Shown: one piece after another, positions 56,726 through 64,000 of the stretch
Numbering within the stretch: position 1 is the first letter of the stretch
Layout: each line of letters begins with the position of its first letter
DNA from: Candidatus Polarisedimenticolaceae bacterium
GTDB lineage: Bacteria; Acidobacteriota; Polarisedimenticolia; Polarisedimenticolales; DASRJG01
DNA: 64,000 nucleotides
NCBI GenBank assembly: GCA_036376135.1
Contig: DASVAW010000179.1
Location: 19,566-83,565, forward strand
Direction of reading: 5' to 3'
Made by a program: the position numbers and the translations under genes
The notes under the pieces: model-generated
What the model saw: only the letters and a program-made list of their open reading frames with translations
Databases searched by the model: none
What the model was told of the DNA's origin: nothing

Positions 56726-57265
56726 TCAGTCCTCGAAGATCTCGGCGACGGGAAGCGTGAATCCGGGCACGACCTCCTCGCCGTCGAGCACGCCGTCGAG
56801 ACCGACGAATCGCGGCGCGAGAAGCGTGCGGTAAACGGCGACCGTCTTCGCCTCCGGGTCGACGACCCAGACGAGGCGTGCTCCCGCCGCGAGGAAGTCC
56901 GCGACCTTGGCGTGCATTTCCCCCGGCGTGTTCGAAGCGGAGAGGACCTCCACGGCGAGATCGGGGGGGCCGGGGAGGAACCCGGAGGGGTCGGAGTAGT
57001 TCTCCCAACGCTCCTTCGTCACGAACGCGACGTCGGGGGCGCGTACCGTGTCGGGCCGACGGGCCAGCACGAACCCGGTGTCGTTCGCGAGCACCCGACC
57101 GAGCCGATGCTCGCGAACGTGCCGGCGAAGGGCGCTCCCCAGCGCCAGCGCGGTGTCCCCGTGACGTCCGCCGGCTGGGGGCTCGGAGACCAGGAACCCT
57201 GCCTGGAGCTCCCGTGCGTACCCGTCGTCGGGAAGGGCGTACAGATCTTCCACCGAGCGGTTCAT
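56726..57265 (-). CDS. Uma2-family (DUF820) putative endonuclease, tandem paralog
   Basis: YALPDDGYARELQAGFLV, PDVAFVT, PDLAVEVLSASN. Its stop lies 1 nt from the downstream paralog's start. The 3' halves are about 85% identical at DNA level by eye. Confidence 0.85.
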   Translation of the reverse strand: MNRSVEDLYALPDDGYARELQAGFLVSEPPAGGRHGDTALALGSALRRHVREHRLGRVLANDTGFVLARRPDTVRAPDVAFVTKERWENYSDPSGFLPGPPDLAVEVLSASNTPGEMHAKVADFLAAGARLVWVVDPEAKTVAVYRTLLAPRFVGLDGVLDGEEVVPGFTLPVAEIFED

Positions 57266-57336
57266 GCCCGGAACGATACGCCCGGCCTCGTGGTGCGGCC
57301 ACGGGGCGGCTCGTTTCCGGTTGCGTGGCGGAAACG

Positions 57337-59136
<1,800 letters not shown>

Positions 59137-59203
59137 GGATGGTTCTCCGGGGCCGGATGATAAACCCGGAGGGCAAGACGCCGTCAGGGGGACGCCCTTG
59201 ACG

Positions 59204-59231
59204 AAAAAAGGCGCCCCCGGAGGGGCGCCTT
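59204..59231 (-). terminator. Rho-independent terminator of the RRM protein gene
   Basis: Minus strand reads AAGGCGCCCC-UCCG-GGGGCGCC followed by UUUUUUCG, 27 nt after the stop at 59258. Confidence 0.8.
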
Positions 59232-59257
59232 GCGTGAGTTTGGAACGAGAGACGCGA

Positions 59258-59572
59258 TCAGTAACGGCGACCGCCGCCACCACCGCCGAAGCCGCCGCGG
59301 CCGCCACCGCCGCCGCCGCCGGTCCGCTCCTTGGCCTCGTTGACGGTCAGGGCGCGTCCGCCGAAGTCGCGGCCGTTGAGGTCGCGGATCGCGCTGTCGG
59401 CCTCGTCGTTGCTGCCCATCTCCACGAAGCCGAAGCCCCGGGGACGGCCGGTGTCGCGGTCGGTGACGAGCTTCACGTCGGTGACGGTGCGACCGCCCGC
59501 CGAGAAGAGGTCGCGGATCTGGGACTCGTCCGCGGTGAAGGGGAGGTTGCCGACATACAGTCTGGTACCCAT
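59258..59572 (-). CDS. Glycine-rich RNA-binding protein (single RRM, RNP-1/RNP-2)
   Basis: RLYVGNLPF (RNP-2), RGFGFVEM (RNP-1), [20 protein letters not shown] tail. SD GGAG 6 nt before ATG 59572. The upstream in-frame ATG (59596) lies in a hairpin loop. Confidence 0.85.
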   Translation of the reverse strand: MGTRLYVGNLPFTADESQIRDLFSAGGRTVTDVKLVTDRDTGRPRGFGFVEMGSNDEADSAIRDLNGRDFGGRALTVNEAKERTGGGGGGGRGGFGGGGGGRRY

Positions 59573-59586
59573 ACGGAACTCCAATC

Positions 59587-59604
59587 GCGTCCCCATCGGG
59601 ACGC
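59587..59604 (-). promoter_or_regulatory. 5' leader hairpin of the RRM protein gene
   Basis: GCGUCCC-GAUG-GGGACGC (7-bp stem) immediately upstream of the SD. The loop contains the alternative AUG. Confidence 0.4.
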
Positions 59605-59754
59605 TTCATTCGGGTCCCGGCCGCCTGCCCGATCCTTCGGGCCGGTACCGGTCACCTCGACACGTCGAGCGCCGAGGCAGGTCATTCAATCGTTTCTCTA
59701 CGAGAGGATGACGGCCGGGTCCTGTCGGCAAGGTAGGCGACCCGCGGGGATCTG

Positions 59755-60819
59755 TCAATCGCCGTCTCCGGCGGGGGGCCACCGGTAGGCGGCGAGGGTC
59801 ATCGCCATCCCCCCCCCGAACGCCGCCAGGACCAGGAGATCCCCGGGGCGGAAGGTCCCCGACCGCGCATGCTCCACCAGGTTGATTCCCACGGAAGCGG
59901 ACGAGGTGTTCCCGCGGTCGCGGACCCGGGTGAGGACCCTGTCCTCCGGGACCCCGGCGAGCTCCCCGATCCGCGTCACGAGCCCGAGGTTGGCGTTGTG
60001 GGGAACGAGCCAGAACGGCTCCCCGTTCAGCCGCTCGCGGGCGATCAGCCGCGTGATCGCCGAGGAGACCTCCCGGATCGCGTACTTGTGGATGTCCCTG
60101 CCGTGGTCGAGCATCGAGCAGTCCGGGTGGTCCCAGGCCGCGTGGCTGGGGTGAAGGCCGAGGCCGATGCTCTTGGTCCAGTCGGCGTGCTCTCCGTCCG
60201 CGTGGGAGGCGTCCGCGATGAGACCGAACGACGGATCGCCCTCGGGGTCGTGCTCGAGGACGACGGCGGCCCCGGCGTCCCCCCAGAGGGTGAAGCTCAG
60301 CGACGTCGGGGCGTTCATCCGGCTGCCGACCGACTCACCGGTCGTGACGAGACCGTAACGGAACCCCTTGTGACGCATCCGCGCGTCGGCGAGGACGAGC
60401 GCGTCGAGCCACGAGGTGCAGGCGAGCGAGACGTCGCGGGCCTCGGCGCGGTTGGCCGGGACCCCGAGCGCCCCCTGGACCTCGCACGCGCAGGCGGGGA
60501 ACACGTTGTCCGGGCTCGACCCCCCGGAATGCACGAGGTCCAGGCGATCGACGGCGAACGCGCCCCCCGTTCTCGCCGCGGCGTCGTCGACCGCCCGCCG
60601 GGCGGCGATCGTCGCGAGCTCGGTCGAGGAGTGACGCGACCACCAGCGCGTGCGGATCCCGACGAGTTTCTCGGTGTCCTCCCCCGACTTCCCCTTCGTG
60701 TCGACGCCGCGACTCCGCAGGATCTCGAGGACGCGTTCGTTTCCGACCATCTCCGACGGCTCCGGGGGAGCTTCGCCGAACCCCACGAAACGCACCGACC
60801 CTTTCCGACTGATCCCCAT
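59755..60819 (-). CDS. FabH-like 3-oxoacyl-ACP synthase III family condensing enzyme
   Basis: Catalytic triad contexts [11 protein letters not shown] (Cys), VPHNANLG (His), and RGNTSSASV (Asn). FGGGMAM near the C-terminus. Confidence 0.8.
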   Translation of the reverse strand: MGISRKGSVRFVGFGEAPPEPSEMVGNERVLEILRSRGVDTKGKSGEDTEKLVGIRTRWWSRHSSTELATIAARRAVDDAAARTGGAFAVDRLDLVHSGGSSPDNVFPACACEVQGALGVPANRAEARDVSLACTSWLDALVLADARMRHKGFRYGLVTTGESVGSRMNAPTSLSFTLWGDAGAAVVLEHDPEGDPSFGLIADASHADGEHADWTKSIGLGLHPSHAAWDHPDCSMLDHGRDIHKYAIREVSSAITRLIARERLNGEPFWLVPHNANLGLVTRIGELAGVPEDRVLTRVRDRGNTSSASVGINLVEHARSGTFRPGDLLVLAAFGGGMAMTLAAYRWPPAGDGD

Positions 60820-60881
60820 GCACGACCTCCGCAGGAGTAATCATGTACCATCCCCGACCACGCCCCGCCGGGAGTTCCGCC

Positions 60882-62487
<1,606 letters not shown>

Positions 62488-62495
<8 letters not shown>

Positions 62496-62512
62496 GGACA
62501 GCAACCTATTTC
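62488..62512 (+). repeat. REP unit (left), hairpin AAATAGG-N8-CCTATTT
   Basis: Internal 7-bp stem with loop GACAGCAA. Perfect inverted copy at 63367-63391; near-copies at 5490 and 5619. Confidence 0.85.
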
Positions 62513-62656
62513 AGCGGCCCGGCGCGCGCGCGCGGTTGTGTCCCTCGGCACGACGCGGTTGTCGAAGCGCAACCCGACTTTGGCCCGCTGCAGGGGCGCT
62601 CGCGAGAGCGCTTTATAGTCTCCCCGTTGGTCCCCGCCTCCTCCGCGGGTCTCACC

Positions 62657-63373
62657 ATGCCCAGAATCGCCAGGGCGGTCCTGCCGGGCTTCCCATACCA
62701 CGTCACGCACCGTGGCAACCGCCGAACGCTCGTCTTCCACGACGACGTCGAGCGGCGTCGCTATCTCGAGATCTTCCTGGAGGTTCAGCCGGAGGCGGCT
62801 CTGCGCGTGTGGGCGTACTGCCTGATGCCGAATCACGTCCATTGGGTGCTGGTACCGGATCGATCGGATTCGATGGCGGAGGGAATCGGGCGGGTGCACC
62901 GACGCTACGCCGCCTGGCTGAACCACCGGCACGGGTGGAAGGGACATCTTTGGGCTCATCGCTACTTCTCGACGGCTTTGGACGATCGGCATCTCTGGTT
63001 TGCGGCGCGCTACGTGGAGCTCAACCCGGTACGCGCGGGGATGCTCCGGAACCCCCTCGACTATCCCTGGTCCAGTGCTCGAGCGAACGTGCGTGGGGAA
63101 CTGAATCCACTGCTCGATCCGATTCGGCCGATGGTGAAGGCGTCGGCGGAGTGGGCGGATTGGCTGCGCGCTGCAGATCCGGAGACCGGGGAGATAGAGC
63201 GGGCCATCCGAGCGAACACGCTGACCGGCCGGCCGACGGGTTCCGCGGGCTTCGTTCGGACGATGGAATCTGCGCTCGGGCGATCGCTTGCGACCAAGGG
63301 CCGTGGCCGACCTCCCGCTCGATCCTTGGGCACACCGCTCCTGCCGGGGTTACACCGTACGGAGAGGAAATAG
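62657..63373 (+). CDS. REP-associated tyrosine transposase (RAYT; IS200/IS605-like Y1 transposase superfamily)
   Basis: MPRIARAVLPGFPYHVTHRGNRR; HUH motif in YCLMPNHVHWVLVP; catalytic Tyr context ARYVELNPVRAGM; DYPWSSA. The stop TAG lies inside the right REP. Confidence 0.85.
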   Translation: MPRIARAVLPGFPYHVTHRGNRRTLVFHDDVERRRYLEIFLEVQPEAALRVWAYCLMPNHVHWVLVPDRSDSMAEGIGRVHRRYAAWLNHRHGWKGHLWAHRYFSTALDDRHLWFAARYVELNPVRAGMLRNPLDYPWSSARANVRGELNPLLDPIRPMVKASAEWADWLRAADPETGEIERAIRANTLTGRPTGSAGFVRTMESALGRSLATKGRGRPPARSLGTPLLPGLHRTERK

Positions 63374-63391
63374 GTTGCTGTCCCTATTTAA
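63367..63391 (-). repeat. REP unit (right), inverted copy
   Basis: Exact reverse complement of 62488-62512. Confidence 0.85.
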
Positions 63392-64000
63392 AGAGGGACT
63401 CGATGCGCTCGAGCGCCCAGTCGAGCTCGGCCTTGGTGACGTTGAGCGGCGGGGCGAAGCGGATCGTGGTGACGTGGGTCTCCTTGCAGAGCATCCCCAT
63501 CCCCTTGAGCGCCTCGCAGAACTTCCGCGCGCCGCCGGCCTCGGGAACGAGCTCGAGCCCGATCCACAACCCCTTGCCGCGGACTTCCTTGATGAGCGGG
63601 CTCTTGATGGCGCGCAGGCGCTGGAGGAAGTACTCGCCCAGCGTCGCGGAGTTCTCGATCAGCTTCTCGTCGACCAGGACCTTGAGCGCCGCCTGCGCGA
63701 TCGCGGCGGCGAGGGGATTCCCGCCGAAGGTGGAGCCGTGGTCGCCGGGGTGGAAGACGCCCATCACCTCGTCGTCGGCGAGGATCGCGGACACCGGATA
63801 GAACCCGCCCGACAACGCCTTCCCGACAATCACGATGTCGGGGCGCACACCCTCGTGCTGGAAGCAGAAGAGCTTCCCGGTCCGGCCGAGCCCCGACTGG
63901 ATCTCGTCGGCGACGAACAACGCGCGGTGCTTCCGGCACAGCGCCTCGATCCCCTTCAGGTAGCCGGCGGGGGGAACGTGGATCCCGCTTTCTCCCTGGA
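63384..64000 (-). CDS. rocD: Ornithine aminotransferase (class III PLP aminotransferase), 3' part; 5' end lies beyond the window
   Basis: PIQGESGIHVPPAGYL..LFVADEIQSGLGRTGK..VGKALSGG..GSTFGGNPLAAA..VRGKGLW..LCKETH..IRFAPPL closely follows RocD/OAT. Frame is open to position 64000. Confidence 0.85.
   Translation of the reverse strand, partial: QGESGIHVPPAGYLKGIEALCRKHRALFVADEIQSGLGRTGKLFCFQHEGVRPDIVIVGKALSGGFYPVSAILADDEVMGVFHPGDHGSTFGGNPLAAAIAQAALKVLVDEKLIENSATLGEYFLQRLRAIKSPLIKEVRGKGLWIGLELVPEAGGARKFCEALKGMGMLCKETHVTTIRFAPPLNVTKAELDWALERIESLFK

Noticed and set aside
59137-59307. 57-codon N-terminal extension of the PEPCK ORF overlapping the RRM gene
   Set aside because: The extension would run through the RRM gene terminator and into its 3' end. 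MSTMTKV at 59136 gives the normal PEPCK N-terminus with an upstream GGAGA.

Overview
Gene-dense, very GC-rich (about 70% G+C by eye, not computed) bacterial chromosomal segment with about 50 protein genes. I recognised no rRNA, tRNA or CRISPR array. The gene content suggests an Acidobacteriota- or Myxococcota-like organism, but this is inference only: many secreted repeat proteins (FG-GAP, PD40/TolB-like, HAF), MopE-type Cys-rich motifs, and TPR-linked Ser/Thr kinases. Because of the GC content, nearly every real gene is shadowed by long Arg/Pro/Gly-rich ORFs in other frames. I called genes only where the translation shows recognisable motifs, signal peptides, SD sequences or 4-nt start/stop coupling. 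Housekeeping content: Na+/solute symporter, rhodanese-MBL fusion, Rieske oxygenase, an M19 dipeptidase-DeaD-ABC-F-YaiI operon, RhlE, M28 and M3B peptidases, methionine gamma-lyase-like enzyme, TusA, GTP-PEPCK, RRM RNA-binding protein, FabH-like KAS III, class I fumarate hydratase, ornithine aminotransferase, and an ABC-2 exporter. Standout observations follow. (1) 47148-50474 is a membrane-anchored ClpC-like AAA+ unfoldase fused to an RF2-like domain. That domain lacks both the GGQ hydrolase domain and the SPF/PxT codon-reading tripeptide. The gene is translationally coupled to a TetA-type efflux pump and is my best candidate for an undescribed ribosome-directed system. (2) An in-frame TGA sits exactly at the first Cys of a WAPW-C-xx-C thioredoxin motif (23530-23532), indicating a UxxC selenoprotein that ORF callers truncate. 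(3) A REP/RAYT system: a Y1 (HUH) transposase flanked by perfect 25-bp inverted REP hairpins, plus a 130-bp REPIN-like palindrome 57 kb away. All five abutting genes terminate inside the REP TAAATAGG box. (4) An unannotated ~100-aa Cys-containing module ending in C-x(0-1)-P recurs on at least four unrelated secreted proteins. All homology statements rest on motif recognition by eye; no database search was run.
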